Positions 50,125-63,660 of a stretch of DNA of 64,000 nt are shown piece after piece. Position 1 is the stretch's first letter. The number at the start of each line of letters is the position of its first letter. The notes under the pieces were generated by a model that made no database searches, was not told the DNA's origin, and worked only from the letters and a program-made list of their open reading frames with translations. The stretch is from Balanoglossus misakiensis (lineage: Eukaryota > Animalia > Hemichordata): assembly GCA_040954595.2 (NCBI GenBank), contig CM082588.2, positions 12,041,398-12,105,397 on the forward strand, written 5' to 3'. A program made the translations under genes and the position numbers.

Positions 50125-52615
50125 AGTCCTGTTTCAAAATGACCTACATTACAGGTCCTATGCACACGTATTACATGTTCTGATTGGTTTATCCGCTTCT
50201 CTAAGGTCCACTTGCGGCTCGCTGATTGGAGGGACCTTATGTGTTAGGTCATATTACTATGTATTATTCACCAGACCTTGTAGGTTAGGTCTTATTACTA
50301 TGCATTATTCACTTTACAGCTCCCTGATTGGTTAATGTGTAGGTCTGGTCCTCCAGTGTTCACTGCCTCATTATGCAGGACCTTGTAGGTTAGGTCTTAT
50401 TAATATGTATTTATTCACCATACAGCTCCCTGATTGGTTAACGTGTCAGTCTGGTCCCCCATGTGTTCACTGCCTCATTGTGAAATGTCCCAAGTGCTTC
50501 CTGGCTACCGTTGTGGTAACACATTATTAGGGATGTCCGCAGATCGTTCATTGATTTTCTAAGAAATAGCCTGACATATATTATTTCCAACATAAACTGC
50601 ACCCTGGAAAGATTAAATGATTTTTTTAGATGGACTTTGAAAATCTGATTAACTCATCTAAGCACTTTAGCTAAGTTGTATATTTTTTTAATCACCCTCC
50701 TACTTCTCATCATCAATTTTATTATTGTTGTTATTACTTTTTAAAAGTAAATTTGTTTTGACGAAGATGTTGATTGTGATAAGGAACACGTTGTCCGTTT
50801 ATACATTCGTATATTGTTTTAATAAAATGGAACTGTGACGGTGCAGCTTCGTGAAGGAAGTACAATAAAAGTAATCATACCTGTAAAGCAACTAATTATA
50901 TATATGTGTGATTTGTTCGGATACTGTAGGCCTCCGGCCTCCTAGTAATCACAAAAGTCATACAAAGAAAAGTACAGAGGGACACTCAACTAGAAACAAG
51001 TACAATCAGTATTACACGGTTGAAAGTTCCTCAACAGTCTCGGAACGCATCTTCATGGCATAGTAGATAAATTTTGAAATATTGCGTACAATAGTTGTGT
51101 TTTGAGACTGTTAAAGCTGGGTAAATTTTTGAAAGGAAGGATTTATGTAAAAATACCTTGGAATATATTTTGACCTTAACTCCTGATATAGAGGACACAT
51201 CATACTAAAGTGGAACTCGTCTTCAATGCTTGTAGAATTACAATATACACAAATTCTTTCTGAGCGCTCGTTACGTAATTTTCTATCTGATTCGATGCGT
51301 AGTGCATGCGCAGAAACTCTAAAACGACACATGGCTTCTCTATGTGAATCGTTATCAATACATGATAAGTAATGCTCTTGCCCAAAGGTCATTTTGAAAG
51401 TACGATAACAGTCCATTTTGGGAAACAGACGTAAATTTGAATACCAATTCTGAATATCAATGTCTCGACATCTCTGTTTAAATAAATTAATAAAGTTAAC
51501 ATCACAACCCACACCTTGATTAAGCCAAGCTTCGCCCATACCAAAAGAAAACAACAAGGTCTTAACATCATAGGCCCAGCATGGTTTACTCTTTTCAGCT
51601 TCCTTATATTGGAAAATATAGCATTTTTGCACAATACGCTGCTGTGGCATTGAAAGCAAGCGCAGCCAATATTTGATAATCCTTACAAGTCTACATGTAC
51701 GAATTGTAAAACGCCCCAGCTCACCCCTAACAGCGACAGTGGTCGCATTGCCATACAATCTCAAAATAAAACGACAGCATTTATTGTGTACTATTTCAAT
51801 TTGGTCGGCCTGGTGGAAACCCCACACTTCACTTCCATACATTAAAATTGGAAGGATTTTACTATCAAAGCAATAAAGCAACGAATGAGGTATCCCAAAG
51901 AAATGCAATGCTATGCTAAACATTTCTATTGTAAGATATTTTTGGTTTGCTCGAATGAATAGCACACACTTCGTATTCAGCCAGGTGTTACACGAAGTGA
52001 TGCGCTGAAAGGCATTACGTAACAAAACACTAGCCCATTTCAACAAACCGCCACTGGAAATAAATGCGAAATTTCTCCTGGCAATTTTTATTTCGAGTAT
52101 CTAGTTCACAATATCACATAAAATGCCATGAATAGTGAAGGAAAAGGTGAAATCAAATCATTATATGAGTGCCTTTCTTAATATACACTGGGATCGATCG
52201 CGAGCTTCGACCACGCGCAGGTAGCATGCCAGACAGAATGCGACAAAAGTATTCAGAAAGTACAAAAGACTTTGCATAACAAAGCAGTGAAAACTGGAGA
52301 CCTACACATTAACCAATCAGGGAGCTGAAAATTGAATAAATACATATTAATAAGACCTAACCTACAAGGTCCTGCATAATGAGGCAGTGAACACTGGAGG
52401 ACCAGACCTACACATTAACCAATCAGGGAGCTGTAAAGTGAATAATACATAGTAATAAGACCTAACCTACAAGGTCTAGTGAATAATACATAATGATAAG
52501 ACCTAACACATAAGGTCCCTCCAATCAGCGTGCCGCAAGTGGACCTAAGATTACCAGATGGACCAATCACAGATGTCGGTACATGTGCCATGGACCTGAC
52601 TTATGAAACAGGACT
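50125..52615. mobile_element. 2.5 kb foldback-type TIR element with AAT TSD (PIF/Harbinger-group, Pangu-like by TSD) interrupting the Crypton ORF
   Basis: AAT|AGTCCTGTTTCA ... TGAAACAGGACT|AAT with ~340-bp TIRs of CTGATTGG/TAGGTC subrepeats. Removing it restores the frame YVSNATSTGSPSMTQPPPPHKRP. Confidence 0.8.
50901..51876 (-). mobile_element. RTEX-like LINE 3' fragment, mirror copy
   Basis: ORF 51111..52046 differs from 22375..23310 at two residues. Confidence 0.85.
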
Positions 52616-53937
52616 AATGCGACGTCGACGGGATCACCTTCCATGACACAGCCCCCACCACCGCACAAACGCCCGACAGCCAGTTTTGGCTTATTCACGT
52701 GATGTCCGGTGCTACATGCATGTCATCGGCCGACAACTTTGTTTGGCCGGTTTATTATGTGACTTGATCACGCGACAGACGTCATTTGTATCAAAACCTT
52801 ATTACAACTGCCCTGATTAGTTGATAAAAAGTTGCAGCTGGTCGGCCGACTTCTTCCTCAAAATAAACATACGTTATGAACGAGGATATATGGGCAAAGG
52901 TCAGTGTGACGTCATGAGATTCGACTCTGGAACTCACGCGATGGATTTTGCCTGGTCGATGTACGTACGGCTACAATACAAATATTTCAAAGGTGGGTAA
53001 TTTTTAACAATATTGTGTCCGTGTTTACGAGGTATTAAGAATTGTTGGCAAGTGCCTCTCAGAAAACTAGTCTTTTAAATATTGTCTTCGCAAAAAACGA
53101 CAACATTTATCAACAACATTTCCTCCGCACGCGGTTTGACTTTGAAACAGGCCTGGGCAGGCAGGAGCCGTTCACGATGTTTAATGTGTGTAATCGCGAT
53201 CCTGTAATGGTTTTTGACTGTAGAAATATCCACAGACGCCGGCATCAATGTTGCGAAAACAGGGTTATGACTACAGTAAATAATGGAAATATGTACCTTC
53301 GTGCGTTTGAAGACGGAATTAGAAATAATCGACATAATATTTAATTTCTCATGTGCACTCTTCACCCGGCCGGGGCTGATGTGACTGTGTAAAAATATGT
53401 GTAAACTAAGTCAGTGTTGATTCTGTTCGGGTCATTATTCTAATGTATTTATTTTGAATTAACTTGTGTACATTCAGGTAATCGTATGGATATGTATGGA
53501 AATACACATTAATTCAAGACAGTTATATCCCAGAAGTCGAACCTTCATGTGTGTATTCAGTGAAAGGAACTCACAACATTATGTGATTTGATTTGTGTAT
53601 GTGCTTGGGATCCAATCATGCTGTTGAGATTGCCTGGAAACTTGGGTTGCATGGCGTTTCAGTGAGTATCATTTATGCTTTATGATATTTTGCCGTATAA
53701 TTTGTGGGTCATTTCAAGTACTAGTAAGTGATGATCAAATTTTACAGTTACTCTGAGGTAACCATTTAAAACACGAATTATACCAAATAAATGAATTTGC
53801 TTAGAATTCCAAACTGTGGGAGAGTTTGCATAATTTTTCGTATGCAATTTTCTGATGGCAATGTATTTGACTGTAAACAAATATTGTCTTCCATTCGTAG
53901 CGCTATTTTGTCAGTGAAATGGCTTCATCATTATCCC

Positions 53938-54172
53938 TAGTCTCGGTTACCTAGACCCCCCTGCTTCTAATGTTGGGCACTCCAGAAAGAGGGTCTGGGG
54001 AAACCCCATAGACAAATCTACTGGCAAAGATGGCCGACTTGAGACAAAAGCGATGCATGATGGTCGATATTTATAACATTTGATATTTGAAGATTTGTCT
54101 ATGGGGTTTCCCCAGACCTTCTTTCTGGAGTGCCCAACGGAAGAAGCAGGGGGGTCTAGGTAACCGAGACTA
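53938..54172. mobile_element. AcademH-like palindromic MITE, mirror copy with ~160-bp internal deletion
   Basis: Same termini and 9-bp TSD (CATTATCCC) as 20088..20483; 235 bp versus 396 bp. Confidence 0.85.
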
Positions 54173-57100
54173 CATTATCCCCCAACCAAAGTTGGAACAG
54201 AGTTAAATATGCACAGCTTGAAATTGTAAAATGTTGCAAAATTGAGCCAACAGTTCGGTCAACAATCACGTTCTTACAGCTATTATTAGAACCAGACATT
54301 CTCAGGGAACAAGAGACATAGGCCTGATTTGCAAGCCGAGTTGGAAATGACTTTGCCTGCCCACGGACCTACCAATTTCAGTGAATCTTATTTTATTTAA
54401 ATATGAAAATGGAGAACTATCCTCTGTTTTCTGATTGTTAGCCTGCATACATCATTATATGTACCTTGAGTGATTCCGGTTTATTTCGTATCCTGTGAAT
54501 GGGAATTTAGTTACAAAAACCGGCGTTTCTCACAGTGCAAAGACCTAATCCACTGGGCAACCGGGTCTGTCAAATTGATCTGATGCCTCTTCCTGGCCGA
54601 AGGATCACCAGTTGTATTTTCACATTGCATATAAATAGAAACCCAATTAAATTATGCCATATGATTTTATTGACAATTGAAAGTTTCATAACTGTTAGTG
54701 TTAATTACAATACCTAAATTTCCAAATGTAAGAATGCTGTAAGTTTTCATGTGATTGATATTAATTATACATTTTCAAAATTTGCTTCTCTGAATTTTCA
54801 CGTCTTGTCAGCCCAATTGGGCTGGTGAATATACACAAATAAATCTTTAAAACATACTGTAAAATCATTATTCTATTGTACAAAAATATTTAGAAAGAAA
54901 GATTTTTTTTTATTTTATCCAATATATAATCGGCCGTCAACGCACTAGCAGGGTTACGTGATTCAAAAATGCATGCGAAACTAAATTTCATTGAACTACT
55001 GACTCAGTGATTGATATGTAAATTAGGAGCAGCCAATAAGCACGCATTGGTGAACCCGACCTGACCCCGTCCACCGTACTCCATGCCCAGGCCATATGTT
55101 CACTGCGTAAGTGTGTCTAAATATAGCTCGGTTACATTTGCATAAATTACAGCTTTGTTCATGTTCTTCTGAACTTTGTCTGATAGAATAAACATGAGTC
55201 TTATAAAAGTTTGAGTTTACAAAAATTTAGAAGAAAGTTTGTACTCAGTGTGCCATCGAAGTGGGAAAGGAAAGATAATAACACTGTCAGGAGTCTACTA
55301 CCTCCATGATGAACCAGAGAGCAATGACTATTTTAATTTATTTCAAATACTATGTTTACAACTGCTACACGTATGCTCCCATTAACTGGGGAAAGGAAAT
55401 GATTGAACTGTCTGTTTATGTGATCCGGATTTTGTGATTTTCTGATAGATTGATAGTTTTCTGATAGTTTATGGACGACGCTGTTCTTCCAATGACTGTC
55501 CAGTACGTATTTGCACAATGTGAACCTTGACCAGGTGTACAGCACCCTCATGAAGCAAAGAGGTACAACCGTTCTCTTTGGTAACTTGGCTGCTATGAGT
55601 AGGTTGGTAAATTTTTGTCGCTCTTTGAAATCGCTCATAAAAGTGTTCAATTGTTGACATCCACTTCTATTATTGAGATGAAATGATGCATTAGTCTCTC
55701 AAGAACAGTCAACTGTAATAATTTGGAAGAGTGTTTAATGTTTTTGTGAGTTTTTTGAGCTTTTATTCAGAGTTGATGTAAGTACAATGAACAGTCACAT
55801 GTGTTACAGTGTACTGCCATGGTCAAACAATACTTGGACATTTAGTTATTATCGCCTGTTGGAAATTTCTCTCGTAACTTCTACTGGTGCACCGATTTTT
55901 TTTTCTTTTAACATGCATTTCTCATACATTGCACTACTGGTGCGAATTGGTATAACAATACGGTGAATTGCATCACCAATATAGCAGTATAACACAGGAT
56001 ACAAAATCTAAGATGTCTTAGGATGTTTTTGAACTAATCAGTAACCATTTTCTAAAAATTATAGATCTGAAACTAAAATTCAGAATTTGGTCAGCCCTGG
56101 GAAATATATTGTGTGAAGCCATTTATGTGTGTGGGGCCATTTTTTATACTAAATTTAAAATGGTAATTAGAGCCCTTGGTAGAAGTTCTGCACTGAAAAA
56201 AAGTGTGAACTTGGCATGGGCAGGTAAAAGAATTGTTGGTAAATCATTTAGCAAATTCCTGAATGATTGCATAACTGGCTACGTTTTGAAGAGACCAGCT
56301 GTTCTATTTAGTATATGTACAGTACATATGCCATTGGCAGCTTATGGGTTAGTCAGTGCTTGCCCATTGATCTCTCGCTATGTGTGTGTGTCTGTCTGTA
56401 TATGGCCATGTACTCTGGTGTAGACTTTTTCTTGTGTAATCACTCAATGGGACCACCATGTCCTTGACGCGATTTTTGCCATTTTTGGTCAAAAATCAGT
56501 TTCTCTGAGACTTCCTGTCAGATTGCTTTTAAATTTTGGTATTCTTGTTCCAAGTGGTAACCCTCGTAATGTTGCATCATTTTGGTGAAATTTGTACATT
56601 TGTGGTCTTGAAGCAATTTTTGCAATTTATATTCTTTGAAACCACTTGTTCCTTGTGGTGATTGAAGTAAGATATTGTACAATTTGTTGATATTGAATTT
56701 TTGTGGTTTGAGGCAGTTTTTGTCATTGTTGAACACATATTATTTTCGCTGAAAATACTTGTCAGATTCCTTTGAAATTTTATTACAGTAGGTCATATCT
56801 GCTTGCCAATGTCACTTGTGATTTTTTTTTCGTGTACACACCTGATTTTGCGTAATCCCCAGATGGGTCCACAGTGTGTTATAACGTGACCAATATTTAC
56901 TGGTAAATCCTGTATGTTCTACTTCTGGCAACTTTGAAATATGTTGATGTTTGGGTTAAATGAGATTCTTCACAAACATACAATACAGAGTCTGTGGTAC
57001 AGTCCATGGTCACATTCAGAACTACCTAGTCTATATCTGTATGCTTTGCTTCCAAAACTAACACCTAGAGCCATGCATACCATTGGCCAAATAAACTGGA

Positions 57101-57537
57101 ACCCCTAGCTGGGAATAGTGATGTAAGTAGTGTCCCTTTGAAGTCAATCACATAAACTGAACAGTGTTGATTAAGTGTAAGATAAAAAAAATAGATTATA
57201 GTGAAGGCAGGGCTTATAACATTGAAAATGCTACCAGCCTTAATTACACATATCCTTTGTATAATCATTGGAAAAACAATGTACCATAGACTTGCATAGC
57301 ACTGTGATGGTGAATCACAAATAGCCACTTTCATTACATTACATCAATCAGTCGATTAGCTATAATAAGATAAATATTCCCACTGTAATTAACATCACTG
57401 TTGTTATTAGTATCTATTGCCAATCAGTATTAATTATGCCATTATGTTATTTTAAGTCAATTGTCAAGGTTCATGTACATATCTTACAACTTAACTATCT
57501 TGTCAAAAACTTCCACTTGAATATGTACCAAATTCTA

Positions 57538-58738
57538 GGCTCACCAGTAGGGTTAGAGATAAAGTGTTTTATATTAACATGCATTAATATGAAACTAGAA
57601 TTTGATGGTTAATTTAGGACTCCCTTGATCTATGGTGACCTCATTAAATGTGTGCATATCTAATTCTAGGCTATCCATTGGAGGTAGAAACCTGGACATG
57701 GCCAACTTTGGGGTCAAAATCTTTTGACACACTTTTGGGTAATCTTGGGTAAACTTTGCCCTACATTCCTATATTTTGGGATCCGGAGCAGATATATCCT
57801 TGACACTTGGACTGATGGAACTATGTAATGGACTATTATGTCTTACCTCATTAATTTTGTGCATACCTAATGCCAGGCTAACCAATATGGCTGAAAGTCT
57901 GGCTTTTGTTTGACATAATGAATTTGAGATCAGCATTTTTCTACAGCAGCCATGTTTCACTTACGAAAGGATGGAAAATATAAAGGCTTGCATGGTAGAC
58001 TGAACTGTTTACTTCCCTTCCCTGAGACTGTGTGCCAATGACGGGATAGCCTACTCAGCGTTGGGTAGATCCTAAGAAGGCCTCAGCCAGGTTTCAAATA
58101 AAAAGAAAGCGGAAATAGCTTGAATGGTGGGTTACATCGTTAACTTCCCTGCAGAGCTGATTTCTCAGACTGTGAGCCAATGACGGGTAAAGCCTCTAGG
58201 TAGGGGCCACCTAAGACAGGCCAGTCATGCTTTAATTACAAAGAAGGGCAAGTTCAGTCTTACCACAACTTTGTCTGCTGTATATGCTTCATAAAGATTG
58301 CATAGTATTTTGAGAACACATTGTGTGACCAGGTAAAAAGTACTGGCAAACACAGCCATAGTGGTATGAAAAAACATCTAATGTGGCTTAATAAAAGACA
58401 TATAAAACACAGCAAAAGCACTGTGACTAAAAGAGACATAATACTCAATTACATAGTTCCATCACTCCAAATGTCAAGGATGTATCAGCTTTGGATGCCA
58501 AGATATGGGAATGTATGTCAAAGTTTACCCAGATCACCCAAAATTTTGTCGACAACTTTTGACGCCAAAGTTGTCCATGTCTAGGGATCTACCACAACTG
58601 GATAGCCCAGAATTAGATATGCACATATTTAATGATGTTACCATAGATCAAGGCAGTCCTAAATTAACCATCAAATTCTAGTTTCATGTTAATTCATGTT
58701 AATATGAAACACTGTATCTCTAACCCTTCTGGTAAGCC
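57538..58738. mobile_element. Foldback-type element, mirror copy
   Basis: Reverse complement of 10876..12076. Confidence 0.75.
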
Positions 58739-61700
58739 ATTCGGTCTTTCATACTACCCAATATGGGAGTGTAGGTAAAAAGTCACCGCAAGGTCATTTG
58801 TAATTTTGCTTACAGAAATCTGGTCCCTGACATTTGGTAAAGGGGTCGAGAATTTTTGTCCCAGAGTAGAACATATTCTTGAAAAAAACTTTGAGGGGTA
58901 GAAGGAAGTTTTTCATTTTAAACTTAAGTGCTTCAAATAGTAGAGAGGTTCTCATGTTATTTCAATAAAACCTTAAATGTCATCATTATATCTTTAGACT
59001 CAAACTCAAAGTTGCCAATCTTTCATTATTTTCATGGTTTAACTTTTGATCTTAGATTGGTCCATCTAAATAGGCTTACTGATAGATAAACATGAACATG
59101 TTATTGACAAATGAATGTGGCTGTATGTTAGTAAGTTAGATATTAATCAACCCCCATATGAAGGGTACACAACTATTGTGGTATGCATCGGCAAGAGATG
59201 ACAAACCCATGCACATACAAGCAATATGGCTCAGTGGGAAATATTTTACCGAGGAAAGAGATTTGTAAAATTTGGCAGCTTGTGAGGCTGTAGTTTTAAA
59301 ATCTTTGATATGTGTTTTTACTCTTTGGGTCCCATTTCGTATACCATTGGGGGACCCAAGTGAAATTGGTCAAAACTCTGAAACACAAGAAGGTGCTGGT
59401 CAGATTGCTTTAGAAATTGGTGTGTACATTGTATTTTATTGAGACCTTATACAGATTATTTTCATTTTTTAATGTATACTTTTGGAGCGATTTTTGCCTT
59501 TTGGTCAAATACTCTGAAACCTTTACCCATATTTTTTTGAAATTTGGTTTCCAGGTTCCTAGGTGTGTTTTCAAGACTTTTAAGCAAACCCTATGATGAA
59601 AGTGTTGATTTTTTTTTTTTGGCAAATTTTGCCATTTTTTGGCTCCGAAGTGTAACGAGGAGACTATCGAATTGGGTAAAACCGTATGAGCTACTACTTC
59701 CTTCCGTCAACAACCTGTCAAGAATGCATACCATTTTCTGGTAGGGGTGTGTAGCTTTATGTTTTTGGCGGTGGTGTGTAGCTTTGAGGTGTTGAGGAAG
59801 AATTGGAAAAGTGACAGAAATCGGAACGGATTAGCCAGTAGTGTTTTCGCTACCCCCACGCCAAATCACAAATGCAAGAAAAAAGTTGCGAGCCGATTTT
59901 CATACATATTAGCCAAACTTGCAAAGCACTGCTATCTTACATCGTCGTTTGTTTTGCCATGATCAACATGCCATGATCAGTGCACTACAACGCATGAAAG
60001 TGGACGGTTGTTCTGTTCATTGATCATCACCCCCCTGTATCATGAACATCGCAAGGCAATGCATTGAATTCAGCTCTTCCAGCTAGTGGTCGCACTCGCT
60101 TGATTTCCTGCGTGTGTCTCTGGGGACGCAAAGAATGCATATGCGTCTTTTCCTTATTTGCATATTTCGAATGGAAACGCGTCAGGTGTAAAGGTTGTTA
60201 TGGAAGTTTCTTTATAGAACCACTAGTGTTAGTCTGTGGGCCCAACCAGCAAAAAAAGTTCTAGAAATGTCATTATGTTGTAAAGGAGTTTTGTACTACA
60301 TGAAATTAGCTGGAAATGATGGGTGGTAAACTATTGATGTGAAATCAGGTCACTTCTATTGAAAATGATGGACCAGAGAGCAAATGACTATTTTAATTCA
60401 TTTCATATACTATGTTCACAACTGCTACGCTCCCAGCAACTGGGGAAACTAAATGATTGAACTTTCTGTTTGATCAATGCATGTATTTTTTTGCTAAAAC
60501 CTGCACTACTATGGTCAGAACATGACATTATATACTTGAAAATGGAGAATTTTTTATCAAAACAGTTCAGCTGATCTTGAATGCTGTCTGATATTTTTTT
60601 CAAAATGTATTTCTTTCACTTTTAGACTACTACTTCTACTTAACTTGCACTGTTTTTTTTTCAAAACACATTTCTCATAGCTTGCACTGGTGCAATTTGA
60701 TATAACAATACACAATGAATTTCATCAGTATAACATAAGGTACAAACGAAGCCATTTGTGTGTGCGGGCCATTTTTAAGACTAAATTTAAAACAGTTATT
60801 AGAGCCCTTTGCTAGTGGTTTTCCCCCTACCAAGCACCCACCTTATCAGGCTGCATTCAATATTACATGAGCAAAAAGTTCAGCATTTCACCATGGTGTT
60901 TGCAAATTGTTCCTTTCAACTACATACCAAACCACTGTTCTCCAAACATGCTGCTCATCATCCACTACACCCTGAGAGAACACAAACTGTCCTTGACGCT
61001 ATTTTCTGTGATTGCTTCAATATTGTTTGCAGTTTCAAGGGGAATTCTTACTGTGATATATGAAAAGTCAGCTGAAATTATTGCATTTTGGGGACATGCT
61101 TTCGAATGTTGATAAAAAAATCTTTTTCTCAGAACATGCATGACTGATAAATTTAAAATTTTAGTTGTAAGTAATAGATACATGTATGTTCTTCATATAA
61201 ATTATAATGGAATCAAATCATAGCTCATTTTAATTTTTTATTATGTTAGATGTATTATCTTATACCACAAATATTTTATAAAAAAAAGTGAAATAACCCT
61301 TACATTGTTCTTTGCAATTTAGGAGGAACCCCCCCCCCCCCACTGAAAATTGTATACACATTGACCTCTCTATGACTGTATACATGCCAATGTGTATGTT
61401 TTAAAAATTTATGGTCCTGATAAGAGTGAAATGATTTTTACGTAATACTTGCTAAATGGATTATCTCCTATGAGATGTGCAATCTTATTACCTAATTGTT
61501 TCTGACATTTTGCCTCTTATGCCTAATATATGTCATTTTCAAGATCCCCAAAACAAGCTGATATAACTTAACAATGGATAAAAATATTCCAAACAGTGTA
61601 GCCATTTGTTCAAAACATAAAATGTGAGTGATATATACTACAAAGAATGTACAAGTTTGCATATTTTTTATCATGTTTTCCTCAATAATTGTACTGTTTC

Positions 61701-62514
61701 TGTAGATATCAGAGGTTTAATGTTATTCAAATAAATGTAGTGCATATCACATTTTAATTTAAGCCATCATGTGCTAATGTGGCAGCCATGGCCCACTGTC
61801 GTCATGAATTGAAATTCACACGTGCTTTACCAGCCTCACGAACTGTGTTGAACTGGCACACTGCAAATTTTGAAAATATGTTATTGATCACAATCACACG
61901 CACACTGACAGCATCCTTTTTGGGGATACAGGTACTGACACTATCAGTCATAATACTTTTGAATCCTCAATAAAGAATTTATTGAAGAATTTAACAGGAT
62001 TTATATTTGAACGCAAAGTATAAAATTCCTTTGTGCCGTAGAAATGAAAATCTGCATTTTGTGGTCCTTCTGCTGGTGAGAAGCAACGGATAAATTCAGC
62101 ATGCTCATCGCCCAGGAAATTTAGGTGTACAGAAAAAAAAAAACTAGAATGACAACAGCTATGCATGCAGCTATGCAGGCTAACAATAGAAACACAGAGA
62201 ACAGTTCTCCATATTCGTTTTTAATACGATAAGATTCACTGAAATTGGCGGGTCCGTGGGCAGGCAAAGTCATTTCCAACTCGGCTTGCAAATCAGACCC
62301 ATGTCTCTTGTTCCCTGATACTGTCTGCTTCTAATAATAGCAATAAGAACTTGACTGTTGTCCGAACTTTTGGTTCAATTTCGCAACATTTTATGATTTC
62401 AAGCAGTGCATATTTAACTCTGTTTCAACTTTGGTTGGATGGATAATGATGAAGCCATTTCACTGACAAAATAACGCTACGAATGGACGTCAATATTTGT
62501 TTACAGGCAAATAC

Positions 62515-63660
62515 ATTATTGTTAATGTTTATTTCAGATAAAAAATAATCCATAGGAGGTAAACAAGAAAAAAAATACTTCTGGTTAAAATAGTCTTTGA
62601 CACCAAACATTCCATAATAAAATTTTTGAAAAAATAGACTTGGGCAGTACAGAAGACACGATCAAAGTACTAGAAAGCTGAAACCTGCTCATTAAACTAT
62701 ATGACTTTTTTTCCTTAAGTATCTCATCAAGAGTTAAAACATTTAGATTATCAAGCAATAAAGTATTACTTTGAACATGACTATGTTCGAAACCTGTTAA
62801 TTTACGAAATATCAGAGAATATGCTGTTCTAGTGGTATAAAACATGTTCATAGAAAAATTACACCACAAATGAGAATTGAACAGAATGTCACAAAAAACT
62901 GAAATTATATTATACCAGTATATTGATGGTGTAAATCACGCTATTTGATTGGTCGAGACACGACACGTGACCGTGATATATTAGCCATATACCACAGTCA
63001 TATATCATAGTCAAAGAAAATGCCTTTTTAAAATGTTTTATGCAAAGTTTCAATATACTGGCATAATATAATAGCAATAAAACACCCCCAGCCATGGTAT
63101 ACCACTCGATTTTGACCAGTTCAACTCCATGTCGTGAACTGGTCAAAATCTCGTGGTATACCATGGCTGGGGGTGTTTTATTGCTTAAATATATGACATT
63201 TGACCGATAAAGATGCAAATTTATAATCACAAAGGATAGCGTTTCCCCCCTAAAGTATAAAAAACAACTCTGAGCTTGAATATCCTCATTATCTTTAAGG
63301 TTTCAAGATATTAAATGACCAAGACATTTGTAAACATTAACATAACTCAGTAGTCTACCATTTAAATAAATTGGAACTGTTTTAAGTTACCTAACACTGG
63401 GTTGAATTAGCATAAACACCGTCTTTTTCTCATTGAAAAGTATCGCATTTATACTGCCTTAACGACCACAGCAATTAACTAACATTTGGTGACCGTAGGC
63501 TCCAGTAGAGAAAATAACTATATCGAAATGTTTCAACCTGTAATCGCCAAGAAGACATCTGAACTGAAGTTTTGATAAATTCCCACTGAAATCATCTAAG
63601 TACACTGTGAAAAAAATTGGAGATGAAATTCCGCCCTGTTTAACATCTTTTTTAGACTAG
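62515..63660 (-). mobile_element. Decayed LINE RT fragment with nested Crypton-like hairpin element (62910..63188), mirror copy
   Basis: Reverse complement of 5950..7097. Confidence 0.6.
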
